Shown piece by piece: positions 26,838 through 35,237 of a stretch of DNA of 64,000 nucleotides (position 1 is its first letter; every line of letters starts with the position of its first letter). The notes beneath the pieces are model-generated. The model was not told the origin of the DNA, ran no database searches, and was given only the letters and a program-made list of their open reading frames with translations. Source of the DNA: an uncultured Eggerthellaceae bacterium (GTDB taxonomy: Bacteria; Actinomycetota; Coriobacteriia; Coriobacteriales; Eggerthellaceae); NCBI GenBank assembly GCA_934648845.1, contig CAKUFS010000010.1, positions 327-64,326 of the forward strand, read 5' to 3'. The translations under genes were made by a program, and so were the position numbers.

Positions 26838-28826
26838 ATGGCTCTTGATTTGGACAAACAACAAAAGACGATGATCCTGGTGCTTCTTATGGGCACCATT
26901 TTGGTCATCCTGAACGCAACGCTTCTTTCCCCTGCGCTGCCATCGATCATGGCGGACACCGGCGTTTCCGCCACCACCGTGCAGTGGCTTACTAGCTCGT
27001 ACGCACTGGTTGAGGCGTGCGTCATTCCGCTGAACGCTTTCTTCGTAGGACGCTTCTCTACGCGCCAGCTGTTCATGGGCAGCATCGGATGGTTCTGCAT
27101 TTCCAGCATTGTTGCTGGTCTGGCGCCGAATTTCTACGTGATTCTGGCCGCACGCGTGATGATGGCATTTGCCACGGGCATCATCATGCCCATGTCGTTT
27201 ACGCTGATTTTGCTCACCATTCCCCGCGAGAAGCGCGGCAGTGCCATGGGCCTTATCGGGCTGGCGATTGGCTTTGCGCCCGCGATTGGCCCCACGCTTT
27301 CCGGCTTCATTGTTGACTCTTTGGGCTGGCGCGAGCTGTTCTTCGTTGTGGCGGCGCTGTGCGTAGTCGTGCTTGTTGCGGCGGCGTTCAAGCTGAAGAA
27401 TTTCCAAGGCTTCGAGAAATCGAGCTTCGATGCACCTTCCGTTACGCTTCTGGGCGTAGGCATGGTGAGCCTGTTGTATGGCATTTCGTCTATCACTTCT
27501 GCCCGCAACATTGCGCTTGATGTGGCGCTTATTGTTGCCGGCTTGGTGCTTTTGGGTATTTTCTGCCGTCGTCAGCTCAAGCTGGAAAACCCCATTTTGC
27601 GCATTGGCGTGCTGAAGTCGCCAAAGTTCCGTACCGCGGTTATTCTGGTCGCGCTGTTGCAGGCATCGCTTATCGGCTCCGAAGTTGTGCTGCCGCTCTA
27701 CGTGCAGCAAGTTATGGGCAACGGCGCTACCACCTCGGGTCTGCTCATGATGCCAGGCGCTATCATTGGCGCGGTGTGCGGCCTGGTAGCAGGGCGACTG
27801 TTCGACAACTTCGGCGTGCGCGGTCCCGTGGTTTTCGGTGCCTGCATGGTTGCTATCGGCGCGTTTGGCGTGACCACGTTCAACATCGGCATGGACATTC
27901 TGATGGTCACCGTTGTGTATACCACCATGTCAATCGGCATTCAGTTTTTGAACACGCCGCTGAATACCTGGGGCATTAACTCGCTGGATAATCGCGTGAT
28001 CCAGCACGCTAACTCCATTTCGTCCACCATGAATCAGGTGGGCATATCCGTGGGCACCGCGTTTATTGTAAGCTTGACCGCACTCGGCGGTTTTCTTGCC
28101 CCCGCCGATGCATCAGCCCAGGTTGTAACGATGGCGGGCGTCCATGCGGCATTCTGCGGCATGTGTGCACTTCTTATTATTGTTGTGCTGGGCATTTTGC
28201 TGTTTGTACGCGAAAAGGACGGCAAGCGAGCCGCAGCAAGCACGGGCGCGAGCGACGCGAGCAACGCGCAAGCGGAAACAGGTGCTGGTGCGGCGGCTGG
28301 TCCCTTCGTGGCCTTCCCTTCTCTTGAAGGCATTGCGGGCATCGATCGTCCATTTTTGGTGTCCGACGTCATGAATCCCCGGCCCAACGTGGTGTCGCAG
28401 GATGCAACCGTGCGCCAGGCGATTGACGCCATGCGCGCTACCGAGACCAGCGGCGTTCCCGTGGTAGATAGCACTGGCGGCGTGGTCGGATTCATTTCCG
28501 ACGGCGACATCATGGGGTATCTTTCCAACCAGACGGGAAATTTTTCCGACGGCACAAATTACTTTGCGCTTATCGAGAACCAGGACTTTTGGACGCGCCT
28601 GGGCAGCCTGCTTGACCTCAATGTCATGCGCCTTGCCACAAAGCGCGTCATTTCCATTGAAGCACTCGACGATGCCGAGGTTGCATTCAAGCTGCTCTCC
28701 GAAAAGCGCATCAAGAAAGTACCCGTGCTCCATCAGGGGAAATTGGTCGGCACACTCTCGCGCCGCAACGTTATGAATGCGCTGGCAACGGCCGAAACCA
28801 TGCTTGCGCAAAGCGCTGGCGCGTAG
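26838..28826 (+). CDS. MFS transporter (DHA2/EmrB-like, ~14 TM) fused to a C-terminal CBS-domain pair
   Basis: The N-terminal ~470 aa form a hydrophobic MFS domain (…LNATLLSPALPSIMADTGVS…WLTSSYAL…). The C-terminal ~150 aa are two CBS repeats (VSDVMNPRPNVVSQDATVRQAIDAMRATETSGVPVVD… / …IKKVPVLHQGKLVGTLSRRNVMNAL). Confidence 0.85.
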   Translation: MALDLDKQQKTMILVLLMGTILVILNATLLSPALPSIMADTGVSATTVQWLTSSYALVEACVIPLNAFFVGRFSTRQLFMGSIGWFCISSIVAGLAPNFYVILAARVMMAFATGIIMPMSFTLILLTIPREKRGSAMGLIGLAIGFAPAIGPTLSGFIVDSLGWRELFFVVAALCVVVLVAAAFKLKNFQGFEKSSFDAPSVTLLGVGMVSLLYGISSITSARNIALDVALIVAGLVLLGIFCRRQLKLENPILRIGVLKSPKFRTAVILVALLQASLIGSEVVLPLYVQQVMGNGATTSGLLMMPGAIIGAVCGLVAGRLFDNFGVRGPVVFGACMVAIGAFGVTTFNIGMDILMVTVVYTTMSIGIQFLNTPLNTWGINSLDNRVIQHANSISSTMNQVGISVGTAFIVSLTALGGFLAPADASAQVVTMAGVHAAFCGMCALLIIVVLGILLFVREKDGKRAAASTGASDASNAQAETGAGAAAGPFVAFPSLEGIAGIDRPFLVSDVMNPRPNVVSQDATVRQAIDAMRATETSGVPVVDSTGGVVGFISDGDIMGYLSNQTGNFSDGTNYFALIENQDFWTRLGSLLDLNVMRLATKRVISIEALDDAEVAFKLLSEKRIKKVPVLHQGKLVGTLSRRNVMNALATAETMLAQSAGA

Positions 28827-28931
28827 AGATACGTGCGCTGCCGGGAGGCGCCTGCGCTAAGAACAAGACGGGTGAGCAAGCCCGCTCGTACCAGGCAGTT
28901 TCGCGAGTTGCAGGCGTTTTCCAATTCGATT

Positions 28932-28974
28932 AAAAGGCGTGGTGGCCTATTGAGGTCACCACGCCTTTTCTTTT
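28932..28974 (+). terminator. Rho-independent terminator after the MFS-CBS gene
   Basis: AAAAGGCGTGGTGGCC-TATTGA-GGTCACCACGCCTTTTCTTTT. Confidence 0.8.
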
Positions 28975-29098
28975 GCAGCCACACGCGGCCCTCTTGCGAC
29001 CCTTTTCGTAGCCCCTCTTGCGGCCCGCTCCGTAACTCCTCTCGCAGCTCTCTCGCAGCCCGCTCCGTAACTCCTCTCGCGACGCTCTCGCGGCCCGC

Positions 29099-29317
29099 TT
29101 GTTGGAAAACCGAGGGTAGATTCGGGCAAATGCACGATAATCGGTGGTTCGGGAATCAAGCGCCATAAACTACATCGAGCAGAAACAGAGCTGACCTGGG
29201 CTTTTACTGAAGACTCTTTCCAGATTGGAACAGATTCGCCAAAAACACCCCCGAAATCCAGACTTCGACCACCGAATATCGCCGATTTGCCTGAATTCGA
29301 GGGTCGTTTTCCAACAA
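29099..29317. mobile_element. MITE-like repeat family B, copy 2 (~219 bp)
   Basis: The left end is TTGTTGGAAAACCGAGGGTAGATTCGGGCAAATGCACGATAATCGGTGGTT. The right end is GACCACCGAATATCGCCGATTTGCCTGAATTCGAGGGTCGTTTTCCAACAA. The ends match copy 1 and the interior is diverged. Confidence 0.7.
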
Positions 29318-29492
29318 GCACTTCCTACTCCAGCCGCTTTTGCACTCCTTGATAGCATTTTGTCAACCAATAAGCTCTTTTTGATAGCTTTTTGATAGCG
29401 AACTCGCTCCTTTTGCTGGTTTCTTGTCAACAGCGCAGCGCATGATAAGCAAAGCACTTCAAGCTTATCCACGCATTCGCAAGGGGACCGCC

Positions 29493-30566
29493 ATGACAGC
29501 ACCGCGTATATTTATCACCCACCAATCGGCCTGCAAGTACTGGATCCATCGGGACTTATATGAAACACACGAATCACGAGCCAAGCCAGCCGATGCAGAC
29601 ACGCAAAGCGCTCTGGCGCTTAAAGATGCGCGCTCATTGATTATCGGGCTTAGTGAGCACGAGCCTTTGCACGTGACCGTCTCCGACACTACGAATCAGC
29701 ACCCCATCCACAACGCTGCAATCCATTATCGAAGCATCCCCTACCCCGATTGGTCGTTTCGCCGAATACGCCCCGATGTCTTTGTAGCAAGCCCCGAACT
29801 TTGCTTTCTGAATGCAGCAACTATCCTGCCTTTCAACGCCCTTGTCCTTTACGGGATGGAGCTATGCGGAACGTATGCAAGAACAGAAAGCATCTACGAC
29901 TCCCCGCATGCAAACGAAATCGGAGACGCAGGAATCACGAGCGAGTTTCAGCACGCAAACGCGGCAAGCGACTATTCGAGCGCAAACCCCGCTCGATATA
30001 AAAGAAACCCTCTCACTACCGTACAAAAAATCGAGGCCTATCTAGACAAATCGGAAGGAACAGCCGGAATCAAAACCGCAAGACAAGCTTGCAGGTATCT
30101 TTTGAACGGCTCGGCATCGGCACGGGAATCTGTTCTTGCAACAATAATGATGCTCCCGCCGCGCTTGGGCGGGTTCGGCATGCCGGCTCCGAACCTCAAT
30201 TATGGCATTGAGGTCAACTTGCTCAGCAAAATATGCGCTGGTCAGAAAATCACCCTGCACGGAGATATCGTATGGCGCTACGCAAGACTCGTGGTTGAAT
30301 ACGACGGTCTTCAACACGGAATAGCAGACAACCACAGCGTTGACAAGCAGCGCGACCACCTGCTCCTTGAGGCGGGATACGAAGTGGTTCGATTCACCGA
30401 TAAGTCCATAAGAAGCGGTCTTGAGCTGGAACGACTGGCGCGCACTATAAATCGAAAAGCCCATTTACGCCGGCCCGCAAGCGCTCTGCAGTGGGATACC
30501 AGAAAAGAACGAACTCTTGATGAGCTGCTTTTCCACAGCGACCCACCGTGGATTCAACATCCATAG
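29493..30566 (+). CDS. DUF559 / Vsr-like endonuclease-fold domain protein, paralogue 2
   Basis: The C-terminus is GDIVWRYARLVVEYDGLQHGIADNHSVDKQRDHLLLEAGYEVVRFTD. It shares blocks with 17551-18513. The start is set at ATG 29493 after AAGGGGACCGCC. Confidence 0.72.
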   Translation: MTAPRIFITHQSACKYWIHRDLYETHESRAKPADADTQSALALKDARSLIIGLSEHEPLHVTVSDTTNQHPIHNAAIHYRSIPYPDWSFRRIRPDVFVASPELCFLNAATILPFNALVLYGMELCGTYARTESIYDSPHANEIGDAGITSEFQHANAASDYSSANPARYKRNPLTTVQKIEAYLDKSEGTAGIKTARQACRYLLNGSASARESVLATIMMLPPRLGGFGMPAPNLNYGIEVNLLSKICAGQKITLHGDIVWRYARLVVEYDGLQHGIADNHSVDKQRDHLLLEAGYEVVRFTDKSIRSGLELERLARTINRKAHLRRPASALQWDTRKERTLDELLFHSDPPWIQHP

Positions 30567-30805
30567 AACGCCCAGATCACCCGCTTATCGGCTTATTGCG
30601 CAGCACTTTTATATCCCCCATAGCTCCTGGTTTGCTACGCCGCAATGCGAATCGCAAGGCGTCCTGCAAGGTGCTCTTTTGCATGCAGACACGCAGCCGA
30701 ACAAAAGACAAAAACGGAGAAAACCTCGCTTTATTCGAGCGCTCATGCTATTCTCATTTGCATATCAATCTAGCTCAAGAATATTTCGAGAGAAAGGATC
30801 GCGTT

Positions 30806-31657
30806 ATGGGCTGCGCCGAAGGAGATTGCTGCACTAATAAATCAGAAAACAAGATTATCAGCTTGCCGAAAACGCTCGATCACAACACCCCCTGGAAAAT
30901 GTACAATCACCTGATCGGCGGCATTCCTGAAGACATCATCGTAACGGATTACTGCCTGGGAACCCAATGGACCTACGTGGACACCACCTGGGGCATGGGC
31001 GTTTCGTTCACCTGCAAGGGCGGTGCGCCACGCCAGTTCACCATGGATTTGCGCGGGCTGCCGCTACGCACCGTTGCTGAGCTGGCGAAAAGCTGGAATT
31101 TCGCAGAGGCGTCGTTGGGCGTTGCCGCCATCAATGCATATTATTCCCAGAAAAAACTGCTTGATCCCTTGGGCTGCATCTACGATGAACCCGTTGAGCT
31201 GCCCGATGGAAGCATCCATAAAATGGACACATTCGAGTTGTTCCGCGAGGAGTCTACCGGCAAGAAGATCACGATTGTGGGCCACTTCCCCCACGTCAGG
31301 CGCATTGAGGAATACGCCAGCGAGCTAACGGTGCTCGAGCGCGACTGCCACTCCTCCATCGACACGCCCGACCCTGCTTGCGAGTACGTGCTGCCGAGTC
31401 AGGATTTTGCGTTCATCACCGGCGTCACATTCATCAACAAGACCGCGCCGCGCTTGATTGACCTGGCAAAAGACGCGAAAACTATCTTCGTGGGCCCCAG
31501 CGTCATCATGAGCCCGTTCCTGTTCAAGTGGGGCGTAGACATGTTAGCGGGCAGCGTAGTGAACGACCCCGAGCACGTAGCGTTCAATGTGAAGAACGGC
31601 GCGGGTCGATTCTTCGGCAACGCTCTGCAGATGGCGGCTTTATCCCCGCAAGCTTAG
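30806..31657 (+). CDS. DUF364/DUF4213 family protein (putative metal-chelating Rossmann-like protein)
   Basis: The start is set at ATG 30806 after GAGAAAGGATCGCGTT. The body (…SLGVAAINAYY…KITIVGHFP…VLERD…DFAFITGVTFINKT…IFVGPS…) fits my recollection of the DUF4213+DUF364 architecture. The N-terminus MGCAEGDCC is Cys-rich. Confidence 0.65.
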   Translation: MGCAEGDCCTNKSENKIISLPKTLDHNTPWKMYNHLIGGIPEDIIVTDYCLGTQWTYVDTTWGMGVSFTCKGGAPRQFTMDLRGLPLRTVAELAKSWNFAEASLGVAAINAYYSQKKLLDPLGCIYDEPVELPDGSIHKMDTFELFREESTGKKITIVGHFPHVRRIEEYASELTVLERDCHSSIDTPDPACEYVLPSQDFAFITGVTFINKTAPRLIDLAKDAKTIFVGPSVIMSPFLFKWGVDMLAGSVVNDPEHVAFNVKNGAGRFFGNALQMAALSPQA

Positions 31658-31777
31658 AGTTGGCCGATCTTCACGCGAACACGGTGTAGCTTCTGGTTGG
31701 AGCCAGAAAACAAGAAGCAAGACAAGGTATTGACGTGGGTTCGGTGCGCATCCTTCAAGCAACCACACGGCACTCAA

Positions 31778-31809
31778 GGGGCTTTCGATTCGAGAGTCCC
31801 TTCTTTTTT
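31778..31809 (+). terminator. Probable terminator after the DUF364 gene
   Basis: GGGGCTTTCGA-TT-CGAGAGTCCC forms a stem with two G-U pairs, followed by TTCTTTTTT. Confidence 0.55.
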
Positions 31810-31887
31810 AGAGCAAAAAAACGCACATTTGTTTGCTTTTTTATCGATAACGCAGTATCATGAATGCCTCAAAAAGAAAGGCCGCCC

Positions 31888-33657
31888 ATGAATACCGTCA
31901 ACCATTTCTCACTACCCTATTTGCTGCCTTACTGCTGGGACCGCATGCTGTCGTTTCTTGCCATGCGCGCCATCCCCGGCGTTGAAACGGTGCAGCAAGG
32001 CGCTTATTGGCGCACCGTGCGCGCCTACGATGGCAGCGGAAATGTTCTATGCGGATGGATTCACGCGGAAAATAGCTTGGCAAAATCCCAGATAGAAATC
32101 GAATTTGCAGACAATCTTGCTCCCGCCGCAGATTACCTAGAGAAGCGTTTGAAACACCTGTTTGATACTGAGCGTAACCCTACCGCCATCGGAAGCAAGC
32201 TGGAGAGCATGAACGAATATCACGAAGGCTCATTCGTTGCCGGAACACGTATTCCCGGGTGTTACGACGGCTTCGAGATGGCCTGCCGCGCCGTGCTGGG
32301 TCAACAGATTTCCGTGAAAGGAGCAAGTACCCTAGCAGGACGCATAGCATCGCATTTTGGGACGCCCCTAGATACAGACATTCCCGGGCTGGAATATCTC
32401 TTCCCCACTCCTGCAGACATACGCGCGCTGGCAAAAAATGCGCCCATCGAGGAATCACTTGGGTCTCTTGGCATTATCGGCACGCGCTGTCGGACCATGC
32501 TCGCGCTGGCGGAGTTGCTTGAACGCGACCCCGTAGCAATTGAGCCGTGCGCGAAAGGAGGGGCAACACCTGAAGAAAAGATTTCAGAGCTTGTAAAGTT
32601 ACCGGGCATTGGGGAATGGACCGCCCATTACATTGCGATGCGCTCCATGGGTTGGAGCGATGCCTTCCCCGCTACTGACCTGGGGATAATCAAATTTCTG
32701 GGCACCAAGAAGAAAAAGGAGCTTGTCGCAGCAGCAGAAAAATGGCGGCCCTGGAGATCGTACGCGGTCATGAACATGTGGACAACCGAACAAGCAGAAT
32801 TGCAAGAAACGCAGAGTAAGCAGATCGCGAAGAGCGAACACGCAAAGACAAAAGCCAAAATAGAAGCGAAATCATCGAACGAAATGTCTTCGGAAAAGAC
32901 GATGAACGAAGCAGGCAAGGCTCCTTCGAGATCAGCACAGAATACAAGGTCGGGAACGTTGCCCAAAAGAGCACTGACATCAAGACAAAAGAACGAGAAA
33001 GCGCCAAACGCGATATTGAAAGAAGCGGACGCAACGTCGCCGGAAGCTTCAGCGAAGAAGCCCAAGGCGGTCGCAAACGCCCAAGCGGCCACGAAGCATC
33101 AAAACATGCCAGCGATCGCAACGGCATGGTACGAAACACCTTTTATGGGACGCGTCATGGTAGCAGCAACCGATCAGGCTATTGTGGGATTATGGATGGA
33201 GGGACAAAAGTATTTCGGAGCCAGCATGCCCCGCGGTAGCGTTGCGGAAAACTCGGACCATCCCCTTATTCAGAAAGCGTTTTCGTGGCTCGACCGCTAC
33301 TACGCTGGAGACAAGCCCGCAATCTCCGAATTGACGCTTGAACCACAAGGCAGCGCGTTTCGCCAAGTTATTTGGAAGCTCCTCTGCGAAATTCCTTATG
33401 GACAGACCTCTACCTATGGCGAGCTTGCCGAAAAAGCTGCGGAGCTTATGGGAAAAGAGCACATGGCATCGCTTGCTGTGGGCGGAGCCGTGGGACACAA
33501 CCCCATCTCTGTCATTATCCCTTGTCATCGCGTAGTAGGCGCAAACGGGAGCCTTACCGGCTATGCGGGTGGGCTGGATAAGAAGATCGCACTCTTGAAG
33601 CACGAAGGCGTGGATACCGACAAGCTTTTCCGTCCCGTGAAAGGAACGGCGCTCTAG
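31888..33657 (+). CDS. Fusion protein: AlkA-like DNA-3-methyladenine glycosylase II, Lys-rich linker, and O6-methylguanine-DNA methyltransferase
   Basis: The N-terminal AlkA_N-like and HhH-GPD part contains LVKLPGIGEWTAHYIAMRSMGWSDAFPATDLG. A ~130-aa K/A/S/E-rich linker follows. The C-terminal Ogt domain carries IPCHRVVGANGSLTGYAGG. The start is set at ATG 31888. Confidence 0.85.
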   Translation: MNTVNHFSLPYLLPYCWDRMLSFLAMRAIPGVETVQQGAYWRTVRAYDGSGNVLCGWIHAENSLAKSQIEIEFADNLAPAADYLEKRLKHLFDTERNPTAIGSKLESMNEYHEGSFVAGTRIPGCYDGFEMACRAVLGQQISVKGASTLAGRIASHFGTPLDTDIPGLEYLFPTPADIRALAKNAPIEESLGSLGIIGTRCRTMLALAELLERDPVAIEPCAKGGATPEEKISELVKLPGIGEWTAHYIAMRSMGWSDAFPATDLGIIKFLGTKKKKELVAAAEKWRPWRSYAVMNMWTTEQAELQETQSKQIAKSEHAKTKAKIEAKSSNEMSSEKTMNEAGKAPSRSAQNTRSGTLPKRALTSRQKNEKAPNAILKEADATSPEASAKKPKAVANAQAATKHQNMPAIATAWYETPFMGRVMVAATDQAIVGLWMEGQKYFGASMPRGSVAENSDHPLIQKAFSWLDRYYAGDKPAISELTLEPQGSAFRQVIWKLLCEIPYGQTSTYGELAEKAAELMGKEHMASLAVGGAVGHNPISVIIPCHRVVGANGSLTGYAGGLDKKIALLKHEGVDTDKLFRPVKGTAL

Positions 33658-33845
33658 GGCAAACGAAACAACGGTCGCGCGATCGACCAACGCGCATTGA
33701 AAAATGGGTGTCTCGGCGAACTGCACGAGACGGCGCAAGGTGCATCGCGATGGTTCATCCCAGGCGATACACGCATCGCAGCCGAATACGACAACAGCAG
33801 CAAAAGGCTCCCACGAAATGGGGACCCTGAAAGAAAGAGCAGAGT

Positions 33846-34283
33846 ATGGGTGATTTCTCAGAGCGGGTATATCGCGTTGTTGCAAGCATTCCCGCAGGTA
33901 AAGTGGCTAGTTATGGAACCATCGCGCGCCTGATGGGCAGCCCGCGCAGCGCCCGTTACGTAGGATTCGCACTGCGCAACAACCCCTCACCCGGCTCGGG
34001 GCTTGAAAACATCCCCTGTCATCGCGTGCTCTTCAAGGACGGCAGCCTGTGCGAAGGGTTTATTTTTGGCGGCCCCGGCGTTCAACGCGAGCTGCTTGAA
34101 GCAGAAGGCGTGACCTTTGCCGACAACAGCCATGTGGACATGGCTGCCTGCGAATGGGACGGCAGCGGATTCGTGGAGAACACAAGCTCAAGCGAAACCG
34201 AAGGCGGCGCAGCAGGCAAGGACACCAGCGCCCCTACTACTCCGCCCGCCGACTTCGATTGGCAAGCTGAACTGGGAGAATAA
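33846..34283 (+). CDS. MGMT-family (methylated-DNA-protein-cysteine methyltransferase DNA-binding domain) protein
   Basis: VYRVVASIPAGKVASYGTIARLMG…NIPCHRVL retains the PCHR active-site Cys. It has an acidic/Ser-rich tail. Confidence 0.8.
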   Translation: MGDFSERVYRVVASIPAGKVASYGTIARLMGSPRSARYVGFALRNNPSPGSGLENIPCHRVLFKDGSLCEGFIFGGPGVQRELLEAEGVTFADNSHVDMAACEWDGSGFVENTSSSETEGGAAGKDTSAPTTPPADFDWQAELGE

Positions 34284-34292
34284 TGCTCCAAA

Positions 34293-34892
34293 TTACCAGT
34301 TCGCGCGAATGAAATCCAAAAGCTCCTGATAAGTTTCCAGCGCAGGAATCTCTGGATACTGCTCTTTGAGCGTATCAGTGGTGCGGAAAAGTGCACCTGC
34401 CTTGGAATTTTGAATCATACGCACATCGTTGTAGCTGTCACCAGAAGCAATGGTATCAAAGCCCAAAGACTGGAACGCACGAACCGCCTTGTACTTCTGA
34501 TCATCGGTGCGCAGTTTATAGCCAGTGATTTCGCCATTTTCAGCGACCACGAGCTGATGACAGAAAATAGTGGGGTAACCCAACTTTTCCATAAGAGGAC
34601 GAGCAAATTCCTCAAACGTGTCGCTCAAGATGATGACCTGGGCAAACGAACGTAGCTCATCCATAAACTCACGAGCGCCCGGCAAAAGGTCAATGCCTGC
34701 GATGGTCTGCTGAATTTCCTTAAGCCCCAGACCGTGCTCTTTCAAAATGGCAAGACGATACTGCATGAGTTTGTCGTAATCAGGTTCATCGCGCGTAGTC
34801 TTTCGCAACTCGGGAATACCCGTAGCTTCCGCGAATTCAATCCAAATCTCCGGCGCGGTAACGCCCTCCAAATCCAAGCAAACAATATTCAT
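34293..34892 (-). CDS. thrH: ThrH-like HAD phosphatase (phosphoserine phosphatase / homoserine phosphotransferase)
   Basis: MNIVCLDLEGVTAPEIWIEFAEATGIPELRKTTRDEPDYDKLMQYRLAILKEHGL…ILSDTFEEFARPLMEKLGYPTIFCHQL…GDSYND is colinear with Pseudomonas ThrH as I recall it. Confidence 0.8.
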   Translation of the reverse strand: MNIVCLDLEGVTAPEIWIEFAEATGIPELRKTTRDEPDYDKLMQYRLAILKEHGLGLKEIQQTIAGIDLLPGAREFMDELRSFAQVIILSDTFEEFARPLMEKLGYPTIFCHQLVVAENGEITGYKLRTDDQKYKAVRAFQSLGFDTIASGDSYNDVRMIQNSKAGALFRTTDTLKEQYPEIPALETYQELLDFIRANW

Positions 34893-35237
34893 GCTTTTAT
34901 GCCCCTATCTTTATCTGCTTTGCGCGGCGCAAAAACATCGCCGCATTTCGATGATACCGTTCGATAAACCAGCGTTCATTGTGAAACTCATCGCGCAACC
35001 CGCAACGCCCATACCCGCAAACGGGCGAATAAACTGGTCATCAGCACGGACATGCTGACACAAATGCAAAGAAGATACGCGATGCGACTGCAATGCTCAA
35101 CAAAAATACGCGAAGAACGCAATCGGCAGCGGCGGTTACCGTAAAACGCGCGCACCACAACCACTCACAAACAAGCGCAGGGACAATTACCTCCGCAAAC
35201 AAAGTACGAGCGCGAAAACAATCACTATCGCCACATA

